A stretch of 64,000 nucleotides of DNA from Candidatus Woesebacteria bacterium (GTDB taxonomy: Bacteria > Patescibacteriota > Microgenomatia > UBA8517). Below the pieces are notes generated by a model. The model worked only from the letters and a program-made list of their open reading frames with translations. It made no database searches and had not been told where the DNA came from. Each line of letters opens with the position of its first letter. Position 1 is the first letter of the stretch. The stretch lies in contig CAWASW010000005.1 of NCBI GenBank assembly GCA_963784785.1, forward strand, positions 9,247 through 73,246, read 5' to 3'. Of this stretch, positions 8,345-17,071 are shown piece by piece. Both the position numbers and the translations under genes were made by a program.

Positions 8345-9990
8345 CCTGACTTCGCCAATTAAGTGCCCTGAATAAAAGATAGAAGTTTGGTATTTTTAAG
8401 AAGTTGAAGTTGCTCTGTTGTTGGTTCTGTAAATTTTGATATTTCTTCATTTGAGATTTTGTCTTTGATAGTAATTTCTTTTAAGCTTGATAGAATTTGT
8501 AGTATCTTTTTTGTGCTTTTGTTGTTTTTAATTTCTGCATATCTTGTAATTGCAAGACTGGTAAAAACAATTAACATGTGGGTTAATATTTTTTCTTTGG
8601 CTGTATGAAATATTGGTCTAGCTTGGAGGTCTGATTTTGTGATTCTAAATGCCTTTTCAACTTGCCAGAGTTCTTGATATTTGGTAATTATTTCTGTGTT
8701 TGTTAATTCTAGTGCATTTGTAACATAACCTTTTAAGCCTTCAAGCTGTTCTGCTTTTTTAAGTTTAGCTTCATTTATTTTCCATTCTTTTTTAATTCCC
8801 TTTTCTTTTTTTAGAAATTTGTAGTTTTTAGTTAAGTTGCTTGGATTATTTAGTGCATAATTTGCTCTTTTTAATTGTTTTTCTCTGTCTGATTTGTCTT
8901 TTGATGCTCTTTTGACTGAGTAGTTGATAATTAAAAATTTAGTTTTTGTAAGTTCAAATCTTTCTGTAGAGCCATCTATTTTAGGTACACTAATTACTTT
9001 TTTAAAAATAGTTTTGTCTAAATTACCAAGTCTTGCTCCAACTATAAACTTTAAGTTTTCTTTTTCCAATTCATCTGTATTTTTCTCACTTAACATACCA
9101 GCATCTGCAACAAGAATAATGTCTTTCAAGGAATGCTTTTTGATGAGGTCTTTCATTACAGGAAGCATTGTGTGGCCTTCAAAAGTATTTCCTTCAAAAG
9201 CCTGCATATGAACAGGGAAACCTTGTTTTGTGACTGTTAAGGAAACAACTATTTGAGGTTGATTTGATTTTTTGTCTTTTGAAAAGCCATTTTTTCTAAA
9301 ATCATCTTCTGTAAAAGATTCATAATATAAAGTTGTGACATCAAAAAATAAAACTGAAATTACAGATGAAATATTTGTTTTGGCAAAATTAAATAACAAA
9401 TCCTCAACTATCTCTTTGTAGCCACCATCAAAGGCTTTTTTCATGCCTCTGTAGATTTCTGTAAGTGAGTATTTGTGATTTAATTTCTCTTCAAGATAAT
9501 TTCTAGTTTCAAGTTTTGAAGTTGGATTTAAAATTCTTGCAATAACAAGATCCTTAAAACAATTGTCTTTTAAGTCATTTAAACCTAAAAAATGATAGTA
9601 AAAATCAAAAAAATTGTAAGAGACAGTATCCATTACTTTGCCAAAAGTTACCTTTGAAAGTAGCTCTTTAAGTTCAGATTGATTAAATCTGTTGTCAAAA
9701 AGTGAAATTCTTCCTTCTTTGATACGACAATCATCAATGTATTTTAAGCCTAATTTTGTAAGTTCAATTAGCTCCAACTCATTTCTTGCAGTTCCAATGT
9801 GCTTCACTATTTTTCTTCTTCCTGAAACTTTTTGGGCAACTTGAACTGATGTATTAGATTTGTTTTTGACCTTTCTTAAGTACATTCAAACCTAATTTTA
9901 GCAAATAAAACAGTAAGTGCCCTAAAGTACATAAAAATACAAACAATTAGCCTCAAGAAGTTACATAAAAACTAGGTTGGCGAAGTCAGG
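8345..9990 (-). mobile_element. IS1634-family insertion sequence, copy 1 (1646 bp)
   Basis: 14-bp terminal inverted repeats CCTGACTTCGCCAA; 65-bp direct repeat at 8280-8344 and 9991-10055. Confidence 0.92.
8359..9885 (-). CDS. IS1634-family DDE transposase
   Basis: FFDVTTLYYES, GFSKD, VADAGM, LWQVEKAFR..KSDL.ARPIFH. Confidence 0.92.
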   Translation of the reverse strand: MYLRKVKNKSNTSVQVAQKVSGRRKIVKHIGTARNELELIELTKLGLKYIDDCRIKEGRISLFDNRFNQSELKELLSKVTFGKVMDTVSYNFFDFYYHFLGLNDLKDNCFKDLVIARILNPTSKLETRNYLEEKLNHKYSLTEIYRGMKKAFDGGYKEIVEDLLFNFAKTNISSVISVLFFDVTTLYYESFTEDDFRKNGFSKDKKSNQPQIVVSLTVTKQGFPVHMQAFEGNTFEGHTMLPVMKDLIKKHSLKDIILVADAGMLSEKNTDELEKENLKFIVGARLGNLDKTIFKKVISVPKIDGSTERFELTKTKFLIINYSVKRASKDKSDREKQLKRANYALNNPSNLTKNYKFLKKEKGIKKEWKINEAKLKKAEQLEGLKGYVTNALELTNTEIITKYQELWQVEKAFRITKSDLQARPIFHTAKEKILTHMLIVFTSLAITRYAEIKNNKSTKKILQILSSLKEITIKDKISNEEISKFTEPTTEQLQLLKNTKLLSFIQGT

Positions 9991-9993
9991 AAA

Positions 9994-10320
9994 ATGGTCA
10001 AGCAAAGCAAGGCATTACAAATGCATCATGATTACTACGTTCGTTTGTACAATCTGATGGAAGGTAATCTCTTACCTGCAGACAGAGAAAACTACAACGC
10101 GGCTATGATATGCGAACGTCAAGGACTTGTCAAACCGTTGCCACAGCCCTGGTATGTAAAAGCTGGGCTTTTGATCGGCATGACAATTGTCTTTTTCGGT
10201 TTGATGCTACTCACATCGCGCTTCGGCGGCTTTTTGGGAGGATTCCAAACACTTGCCTTCTCATTTGAAGGATTGCTTTGGCTTTTGACCTGCGCCGCCA
10301 TCGTGTTCAATCGCAATTAA
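9994..10320 (+). CDS. Hypothetical membrane protein (first ~20 codons also present at 8283-8344 through the target duplication)
   Basis: 108-aa ORF, two C-terminal TM segments, GC-richer than flanks; original SD AAGGAG at 8270-8275. Confidence 0.65.
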   Translation: MVKQSKALQMHHDYYVRLYNLMEGNLLPADRENYNAAMICERQGLVKPLPQPWYVKAGLLIGMTIVFFGLMLLTSRFGGFLGGFQTLAFSFEGLLWLLTCAAIVFNRN

Positions 10321-10339
10321 ATTCTGCAATAAAGTTCAA

Positions 10340-10399
10340 GAAACACCCCTCGGTGATAATTAGCCAAAAGCTAAAAATCAAAATACCGAGGGTTGTTTC
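10340..10399 (+). terminator. Long hairpin downstream of the 9994 gene
   Basis: GAAACACCCCTCGGT pairs with ACCGAGGGTTGTTTC; large loop, weak U-tract. Confidence 0.4.
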
Positions 10400-10477
10400 A
10401 TTTATAAGGCTATTTTAAAAACTTCCATATAAATAATAGTTATTCTTTTAGCCTTTGTTGATTAATGCTAAAATCTC

Positions 10478-11221
10478 ATGGTGATGAACAAAAAGAGAAT
10501 ATATGTAATTGGACCATCAGGAAGTGGAAAAACGTATCTTGCTAAAGTAATCTCAAAGCATTTTAACATTCCACATACAAACCTGGATTATGTTTTTTTT
10601 GATCACAAAGTATCTAAAAGTCGTGATGAAGTATCAGATGAAGAGTGGATGAGAAGATTAAATAAGTTAATTGAAGAAGATGATTGGGTTATTGAAGATA
10701 CCGTTGCATAAACGGTCACTTGTTTAGCCTTAAATGATTTGTTGTTTTTCGTTAAAATAATAACACTTTCGTCCGATTACTCGGACAATGCTGAAATTGG
10801 TTGTAGAAGCGTTTACTTAGTGAAACTACCTTTTTAGGCCGAAAGTATAGTAAAATCAGTGTGTTTTAGGAGACCGAAATGTAACGGTCTCGTTATTGAA
10901 GGAGTCAATCCAATTAATGAAGTTTTTGAAATTGCAGATAGAATTATTTTTTTAAGACTAAATATAGTTGAAACGTTAATAAGCCAGTGGGGACGATATC
11001 TAACGGATGAGGTGCAACGCAGAGAACATGGTTTTATCAATAACTTAAAATTATCCAAATATCTTATTAGACAGCACGTAGAAGAAGAAAATTTATCAAA
11101 ATCGGAAGACCCTAAATATTTTAGAATAAGAAAAGTTGATAGAATTTTAAAAAAGTATTCAAACAAAACTGTGATTTTAAACAGCAGAAACGAAGTTAAT
11201 AAATTTATTGAAACTTTATAA
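10478..11221 (+). pseudogene. P-loop kinase (adenylate kinase/FlaR-like), interrupted by a MITE
   Basis: GPSGSGKT Walker A, NLDYVF, WVIEG; removing 10697-10891 and one 9-bp TSD restores one frame. Confidence 0.85.
10697..10891 (-). mobile_element. 195-bp MITE copy 1 (IS256-like ends)
   Basis: Matches copies at 13411, 21144 and 39709; 9-bp TSD GTTATTGAA. Confidence 0.9.
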
Positions 11222-11223
11222 AT

Positions 11224-11724
11224 ATGGACACTGAAATTAAAGAGCAACTACTTCCTCAAATTGAACTGGTCCCATATAATTCTAACAATCATTTACAAAA
11301 ACTAACTAATTGGCTTCAGAACAAAGACTTAATGTATGGATGGGGAATGGATACTTTTGAAAACAGCGAGGAAGTAAATAAATGGGCAAGTGATTCAACA
11401 CGTGTGGTACTAATGGTGAAAGATTTTGAAAATGATGAAATTGTTGGTATGGTAAATTTTTACGATTGGGATAAAGAAAAGCAAACTGCAAGTAGAGGAA
11501 CTTTAATTGATCCTAAATTTCAGAATAGAGGTTATGGAAAAGCATCCATCTTGCTTTCCAATAACTATGCTTTTGATGAAATGAAACTTAAAAGAATTGA
11601 ACTCTATGTAGAAGGTTATAATGAGGCATCAAGGCATATAACTGAAAAGTTAGGTTACAAATTTGATAGATATAACCCTAAAAAAGATAGATACTACTAC
11701 TTTATGGATAGTCCAAAGCAATAA
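11224..11724 (+). CDS. GNAT acetyltransferase (RimJ/RimL-like)
   Basis: IDPKFQNRGYG acetyl-CoA motif; N.ASR..TEKLGY. Confidence 0.85.
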   Translation: MDTEIKEQLLPQIELVPYNSNNHLQKLTNWLQNKDLMYGWGMDTFENSEEVNKWASDSTRVVLMVKDFENDEIVGMVNFYDWDKEKQTASRGTLIDPKFQNRGYGKASILLSNNYAFDEMKLKRIELYVEGYNEASRHITEKLGYKFDRYNPKKDRYYYFMDSPKQ

Positions 11725-11822
11725 TTTTATTTTACAGAGTCGTGTCTGACGCCCATGTGCATGGACAGGAGAACACCGCCTGCGGGCGTCTGGTACGAAT
11801 ATTTTAGCTTTAAATCCATTTA

Positions 11823-11917
11823 GCTGGCGGTTTACGAAAAATGTCGAACTTCACTTTGTTAGCTCGGCCTTCGGCCTCGCTTGCTCCAGCGCGGCTCCCC
11901 CACCCGCCGCGCCTCCG
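11823..11917 (+). repeat. Left arm of a perfect 95-bp GC-rich inverted repeat
   Basis: Exact reverse complement of 12968-13062. Confidence 0.9.
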
Positions 11918-11967
11918 CTATTTTTTGCGCGCGATTTTAGGATCAAATATTATAGGGGCGATAAAAT

Positions 11968-12828
11968 CTAATCAACATATTCTATTGTAGTCCAGGCACC
12001 ATTTGCAACAATGGTCGCTGTACCAGATGATCCAGCCCGATCACACATCACTTCGTAATACTCGTTGCTACTGGTTGTCTGAATAAAGACTATTGATGTA
12101 TTTGTTCCGTTGTCATCAGTGTCATTTCTCGAATAGGAATATGTCCCGCTCGGGGTATTATAAGTAGTTCCATTTAAACGCACTCTACAGAGAATATTAG
12201 CTCGCGTACCCGTATTATTGTCACTGCTTACGACGTATGTGAGTTTATACCATCCGGCATTTACTAAATAAACTCTTGAATTGTTCGTGGAAGTGCTATG
12301 AGTAAAATATGTGGTATTGACATAACTTTGTGAATCCCAGCTTATCGCAGTAGGAGTAACGGTATTGATGTCCACCCCCCCCGTAGAATCATAGACTTGT
12401 GTAAACTTTCTTGAAAAGTTGATGTCAGTACCACAAACCCAAGAAGAGCTGCTTGTACTCCATTTTAGGACTTGACCATCGGAACAAGTTGTTAAAAGTG
12501 ATACAGAACTTCCCGAATCCCCTTTGTCTCCCTTGTCACCCTTGTCACCTTTAGTACCAGAATCACCTTTAGCACCAGAATCACCTTTAGCACCAGAATC
12601 ACCTTTAGCACTCGTACTTCCCTTACTCCCTGTATTACCTGCAAGACCTGGAACTCCGGAGGCTTCTTGTATTGCTTGAGGTGTAGTTTTAGCAGTAGGC
12701 GTAGTTGATTCTGGTGATGTAGCTCCTTTTTTCATTGAAAAAAAACTCACTGAGGCGTATACGGCAACAAGCGACCCTAAAAGCAAAAGGATTAGACGGT
12801 ATTTATTCATGCTGTAAATAGTATACAA
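11968..12828 (-). CDS. Collagen-like surface protein with C1q/BclA-like C-terminal beta domain
   Basis: N-terminal TM helix, Gly-X-Y repeats (GDSGAK, GDK) encoded by 18- and 9-bp tandem repeats, GQVLKW linker, aromatic beta-rich C-terminus. Confidence 0.75.
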   Translation of the reverse strand: MYTIYSMNKYRLILLLLGSLVAVYASVSFFSMKKGATSPESTTPTAKTTPQAIQEASGVPGLAGNTGSKGSTSAKGDSGAKGDSGAKGDSGTKGDKGDKGDKGDSGSSVSLLTTCSDGQVLKWSTSSSSWVCGTDINFSRKFTQVYDSTGGVDINTVTPTAISWDSQSYVNTTYFTHSTSTNNSRVYLVNAGWYKLTYVVSSDNNTGTRANILCRVRLNGTTYNTPSGTYSYSRNDTDDNGTNTSIVFIQTTSSNEYYEVMCDRAGSSGTATIVANGAWTTIEYVD

Positions 12829-12967
12829 AAAAAGGGGGTAAATGTCATTGATTAAGCTCTAAGATACTAGTACAACCAGAGCGGCCATTTGAGGTTTAGT
12901 AAAAGTTCTTTAAAATTTTTGCGTTTTTTTATTCCGATTTCATCGGGATTGTTCGAGCCGACAGTTT

Positions 12968-13062
12968 CGGAGGCGCGGCGGGTGGGGGAGCCGCGCTGGA
13001 GCAAGCGAGGCCGAAGGCCGAGCTAACAAAGTGAAGTTCGACATTTTTCGTAAACCGCCAGC
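12968..13062 (-). repeat. Right arm of the 95-bp inverted repeat
   Basis: Exact reverse complement of 11823-11917. Confidence 0.9.
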
Positions 13063-13254
13063 CAGTAAGAATTGGAAAGAGGTCGGGAGGTAGCGCTTTC
13101 CGCGCCCGCCTCCGCGGAAAGCGCGTCAAATCCGCCTTTTTTGAAACTTGCGGACAGCCGCCGGAAAAAGAAGAAAAAAAACGCAAAAATTAGCCTTTCT
13201 CGAAAGAAAGGCACGAGCTACTGCTCGTTAAAGAACTTTTAGGAAAACAAAACA

Positions 13255-13410
13255 ATGATTAAATACATCGCATATTGCAGAAAATCTACTGATGAACCCG
13301 ACAGACAAATCTTGTCTATTGAGGCGCAAGTTGCGGAACTTGAAGAACACGCCGCAAAAGAAAACTTGAAGATAGTGTCTTTTATTACCGAAAGTAAAAC
13401 CGCCAAAGAG
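13255..13410 (+). pseudogene. Serine recombinase N-terminal fragment, truncated at a MITE
   Basis: YIAYCRKSTDEPDRQILSIEAQ catalytic motif; 52 codons then MITE sequence; the rest is absent. Confidence 0.85.
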
Positions 13411-13605
13411 GAGACCGTTACATTTCGGTCTCCTAAAACACACTGATTTTACTATACTTTCGGCCTAAAAAGGTAGTTTCACTAAGTAAACGCTTCTACA
13501 ACCAATTTCAGCATTGTCCGAGTAATCGGACGAAAGTGTTATTATTTTAACGAAAAACAACAAATCATTTAAGGCTAAACAAGTGACCGTTTATGCAACG
13601 GTATC
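13411..13605 (+). mobile_element. 195-bp MITE copy 2 (no TSD)
   Basis: Same sequence as the other copies; flanks GCCAAAGAG and CGTCGTTGG do not match. Confidence 0.9.
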
Positions 13606-13611
13606 CGTCGT

Positions 13612-13685
13612 TGGCTACGGGTCAGGGACTCGGACCCCGATAAGCAGATCCAGAATCTGCTGTCCTGCCATTAGACGAACCCGTA
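13612..13685 (-). tRNA. tRNA-Gln (CTG)
   Basis: Cloverleaf: acceptor TACGGGT/ACCCGTA, anticodon arm GCAGA-TTCTGGA-TCTGC, encoded CCA. Confidence 0.9.
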
Positions 13686-13706
13686 ATATGGTATGATTAT
13701 ATCATT

Positions 13707-14255
13707 ATGTTTACTCTTCCTAAACTTCAATACAAATATGATGCACTTGAACCATTTATTGATGCTAAAACAATGGAGATTCATCATACAAAGCATCATC
13801 AGACATATGTAGATAAATTAAATGCCTTGGTTGAGATAAATCCAGAATTTAAGGACAAGACACTTGAGGAATTATGTTTAATTCCTGAGACTAAAAACAT
13901 GGCTGGTGGACATTTTAACCATAGTTTTTTTTGGGAAACTATTGGCCCAGCTACCAATACTGAGATTCCTAAACTATTTATAGATTTTAAAGAAAAATTA
14001 AATAATGAGGCTCTTAAGTTTTTTGGAAGCGGTTGGGTTTGGATGGTTACTAACAAAAACAGCCAAATTGACGTCATATCAACGTCAAATCAAGATTCTC
14101 CACTTTTAACAGGAAATATTCCTTTGTTAGGAATAGATCTCTGGGAACATGCTTATTATTTAAAATATCAAAATCGACGGGCTGAATATCTTGAATCCTT
14201 TTGGAATATTGTAAATTGGCAAAAAATTACAGAAAACTTCAAAAAGACCGATTAA
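13707..14255 (+). CDS. sod: Fe/Mn superoxide dismutase
   Basis: HHTKHHQTYV, HFNHSFFW, FGSGWVW, DLWEHAYY. Confidence 0.95.
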   Translation: MFTLPKLQYKYDALEPFIDAKTMEIHHTKHHQTYVDKLNALVEINPEFKDKTLEELCLIPETKNMAGGHFNHSFFWETIGPATNTEIPKLFIDFKEKLNNEALKFFGSGWVWMVTNKNSQIDVISTSNQDSPLLTGNIPLLGIDLWEHAYYLKYQNRRAEYLESFWNIVNWQKITENFKKTD

Positions 14256-14283
14256 TCGACTATAATACATATATATAATATAT

Positions 14284-14949
14284 ATGATACGAAAGACTTC
14301 AAAAATTTTATCTAACTTAGAATATTTTGTAAAAGGTAATAACCCAAAACTTCTAATACATTGTGGTACTTATGGAGATGAATACGACGTTGTGAAACAC
14401 GTAGAGAATGCTGTCATAAAGTATGAGGAACAATTGCCAGATTTTGTTTTTGTGCCGATTGTTTCTCCGTCTGCTGTCAAATTGAGAACTCGAATTAACG
14501 ATAACGGAAAAGATTTGAATAGAATATTTTTCTCAGATTCAACTGATCCTGAGGTTTTGGCAAACATAGAAATTATCGGTGAAAACAAATATGACTTGTT
14601 TGTCAGTTTCCATGAGGATTTTGAATTTCCTGATTATTACATCTATGATGAGGGTTTTACTAATCTAAAACAGAATATGATTCTAAATCATAATTCACAA
14701 ATTTCAAAATTAGGATTTACTCTATTCAACGGCATAGATGACCCAATTCTGAATAACGTCTTTTTAAATGGGTACAAAAAAATAGTAATTAACAAAGATA
14801 CAAGAAATAATGGAATGATTACAAGTTGGATGTTATCTGAAGGAAAGGTACTTGATACATTAAATCCTGAAATACCTATGAATTTAGATTCAAATTCAAA
14901 GAAGAAAATTATAGATACATTTTTTGAAAATGTTTTGTGCTATTCTTAA
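14284..14949 (+). CDS. M14 peptidase / succinylglutamate desuccinylase-like protein
   Basis: G.(Y)GDE, R.N..G.DLNR.F, SFHED motifs. Confidence 0.65.
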   Translation: MIRKTSKILSNLEYFVKGNNPKLLIHCGTYGDEYDVVKHVENAVIKYEEQLPDFVFVPIVSPSAVKLRTRINDNGKDLNRIFFSDSTDPEVLANIEIIGENKYDLFVSFHEDFEFPDYYIYDEGFTNLKQNMILNHNSQISKLGFTLFNGIDDPILNNVFLNGYKKIVINKDTRNNGMITSWMLSEGKVLDTLNPEIPMNLDSNSKKKIIDTFFENVLCYS

Positions 14950-14951
14950 AT

Positions 14952-15468
14952 CTTCTGCACATTAATCCCCAGCCTTTAGGCTGGTGGAGCAAGTATAGTT
15001 TGTGGCATACTTGAGGGAAATGTTAAAGTACTGGCATGGTGCACACACAAAGCACAGAATTATGATTCATTTGGTATTTTTACCAAAATACAGAAAAAGG
15101 ATATTACGTGGCAAAGTAGCTACAAGACTTAAAGACTTATTCTTCAAAGCATGTGAGGTTAACAACTGGTGGATTGAAGAAATTACAATATTGCATGATC
15201 ATGTACATATGCTTATACAAATCCAACCAAACTTGTCCATCTCAAAAGTTGTTAACCAACTGAAAGGTGGTTCATCAAGAATCTTAAGGAAAGAATTTCC
15301 AGAGTTAGAAGAATTTCTTTGGGGTGACTCATTCTGGTCTGATGGCTACTTTGCAGAATCAGTGGGTGCAACAAGTTTCATCCAGGTTAAAAAATACATT
15401 AAAAATCAAGTGGAAAGTATGCCACAGAAGGGGTAAAACCATGGCATTTATGCCATGTGTTTTTTATT
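14952..15468 (+). mobile_element. IS200-type element A, copy 1 (517 bp)
   Basis: Identical to 26867-27383 and 37076-37592; subterminal hairpins CCAGCCTTTAGGCTGG and CATGGCATTTATGCCATG; no TSD. Confidence 0.88.
15002..15436 (+). CDS. tnpA: IS200/IS605 Y1 (HUH) transposase; true start may be ATG 15020
   Basis: HLVF.PKYR, DHVH, LKGGSSR, FWSDGYF, YI.NQ. Confidence 0.92.
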   Translation: MAYLREMLKYWHGAHTKHRIMIHLVFLPKYRKRILRGKVATRLKDLFFKACEVNNWWIEEITILHDHVHMLIQIQPNLSISKVVNQLKGGSSRILRKEFPELEEFLWGDSFWSDGYFAESVGATSFIQVKKYIKNQVESMPQKG

Positions 15469-15471
15469 GAA

Positions 15472-16047
15472 GTGAACAAAATATTTGGTTTACTATTTGT
15501 ACTTTTTGTAATCGGGGGATTGGCTTTCTATGTTCTTAAAAATTATTTTCCTGAAATAATTCCTCCTAGTAAAGACATCAAACAATATTTACCATTGGAT
15601 GAAAATACTCTTTCTCCAATAAAAATTGAAAATGGTTATATTTTAAAATTATTTTATAATTTGAAAAATAATAAACCTTTGGCGTTATCCTTTGGTTCCA
15701 ACGGTGATTTACTAGTTCATCTCAAGTCAGGAAAAGTTATATCTTTATCTGATAAAAATATGGATATGATTGCTGATTCCGAATCGGATTCAGATGAAGT
15801 AATTGTTCTAGATAATGGGTTAACTGTGAATGACACGTCTGGAAATAGTTATTCAATAGAAGAGAACAAACTAGTTAAATATAAAACATTTGCTGGAAGC
15901 ATTAGCGACAAAACAACAATCTTGAGTGGTTTTACTCAAACAAGTGGAGAGATGATCGGTAATTTGAAGCACATCATTATGAATGATAATAATCTATTTA
16001 TTGCGGATGATAAAACAAACCTCATTTATATCTTAACTCAGGACTAA
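15472..16047 (+). CDS. Membrane-anchored hypothetical protein (beta-propeller-like fragment)
   Basis: ORF track start 15457 lies inside the IS end; next in-frame start is GTG 15472; N-terminal TM helix. Confidence 0.5.
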   Translation: MNKIFGLLFVLFVIGGLAFYVLKNYFPEIIPPSKDIKQYLPLDENTLSPIKIENGYILKLFYNLKNNKPLALSFGSNGDLLVHLKSGKVISLSDKNMDMIADSESDSDEVIVLDNGLTVNDTSGNSYSIEENKLVKYKTFAGSISDKTTILSGFTQTSGEMIGNLKHIIMNDNNLFIADDKTNLIYILTQD

Positions 16048-16711
16048 TTATTTTTTCCACGAGCATCATGACATTGATTTTTCTTATCATTGCATAAACT
16101 TTGACACGTGGAGTCATTCAAATAAATATCAGGACAACCAGAAACTTCAGGATTATGGTACACTTCGCGCAGCTTCCACTTGGTGAACATACATATTGCA
16201 AACGATCTTGAGTCGGGGCTGCTACAACATTTTCTTGACAAAAAGGATTTAATTTTTCGTTTGATGAAGAAACACCATAATTAAACTGACATTCAGGACC
16301 GCATCCGTTTCGACATCCAATTTTGTCAATTATTTTATCAGAAGAATATTCGAGGTTTGCATATAATTGGTATGACTTTGGGCAGTCACTTATCTCTGGA
16401 ACGTATGTGTATGACAAATTGTTTTTTGGATCGCAAGGAATTTTATCTAGTAAATTCAAGTTTCCGTTCAAAAAAGGATTTTTACACGAAGGTATCGTCT
16501 GTGGATAGCATTCATCATCTTGTTGATATTCCTCAATCGTCTTTTTAATTCTGTCAATTTGCCCTTTTCTAATGGCATCTCTGGCCTTTTGTAATTGAAC
16601 TGGACCAAAGACTACAGAGAAAATTGATAACAGGCCTAAAACCACTAATACCACAAGTATTTCTATTAGTGTAACTCCTCTATTTTTAGTTTTATTTCTT
16701 TTTTTTACCAC
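16044..16711 (-). CDS. Type II secretion/type IV pilin (GspG-like) protein with an apparent frameshift near 16165
   Basis: Prepilin site G|VTLIE, ARDAIRK, P.DPK, YTY motifs; Cys-rich tail continues in the frame ending at 16044. Confidence 0.75.
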
Positions 16712-17070
16712 AATTTTGGCCCGAATAAAAATAACTCCGAGATAAGTGCAATTGATGCTCCGAAAAGAACAACTGCAGCAGATATGTCTTTAATTTGTCT
16801 GGCCTCTTCTGAAATTTCTTTAGAATGAAGATCTACAACTTTTTCTATGACAGTATTGATCAACTCCAGAGTAATTACTATTGAGATGATAATAAGTAAC
16901 GCTACAAATTCGAGATTGTTAAATTTTAAAATTTTCGCAATTACAATTGTTGCGAGCGCTGCAACAAAATGAAACCTTAAATTTGGTTCGCTTTTTAAAG
17001 CATCTTGTACTCCATTGATTGCATATTTAAAGCTTTTAAGCATCTCGTATTTAGTATAACATGTACTCAC
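16705..17070 (-). CDS. dgkA: Diacylglycerol/undecaprenol kinase
   Basis: SFKYAING, E.NLRFH, LELINTVIE..VD, KDISAAVV. Confidence 0.88.
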   Translation of the reverse strand: MSTCYTKYEMLKSFKYAINGVQDALKSEPNLRFHFVAALATIVIAKILKFNNLEFVALLIIISIVITLELINTVIEKVVDLHSKEISEEARQIKDISAAVVLFGASIALISELFLFGPKLW

Positions 17071-17071
17071 T

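Noticed and set aside
8924-9211. 95-aa antisense ORF present in all three IS1634 copies
   Set aside because: Conserved only because the copies are near-identical; typical shadow ORF.
8280-10055. Long direct repeats around IS1634 as LTR-like element ends or a wholly new mechanism
   Set aside because: The repeats are host sequence that differs at each site, and long variable TSDs are already known for this family.
12510-12610. 18-bp and 9-bp tandem repeats as a possible CRISPR or VNTR element
   Set aside because: They encode Gly-X-Y collagen repeats and have no spacers.
12929-13214. Minus-strand ORFs 12929-13186 and 13023-13214
   Set aside because: They run through inverted repeats and homopolymers; at most a remnant gene tail, not supportable as genes.
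10834-13443. ORFs starting MCFRRPKCNGL and antisense ORFs at 10834 and 13228
   Set aside because: They originate in MITE sequence or are antisense shadows of real genes.
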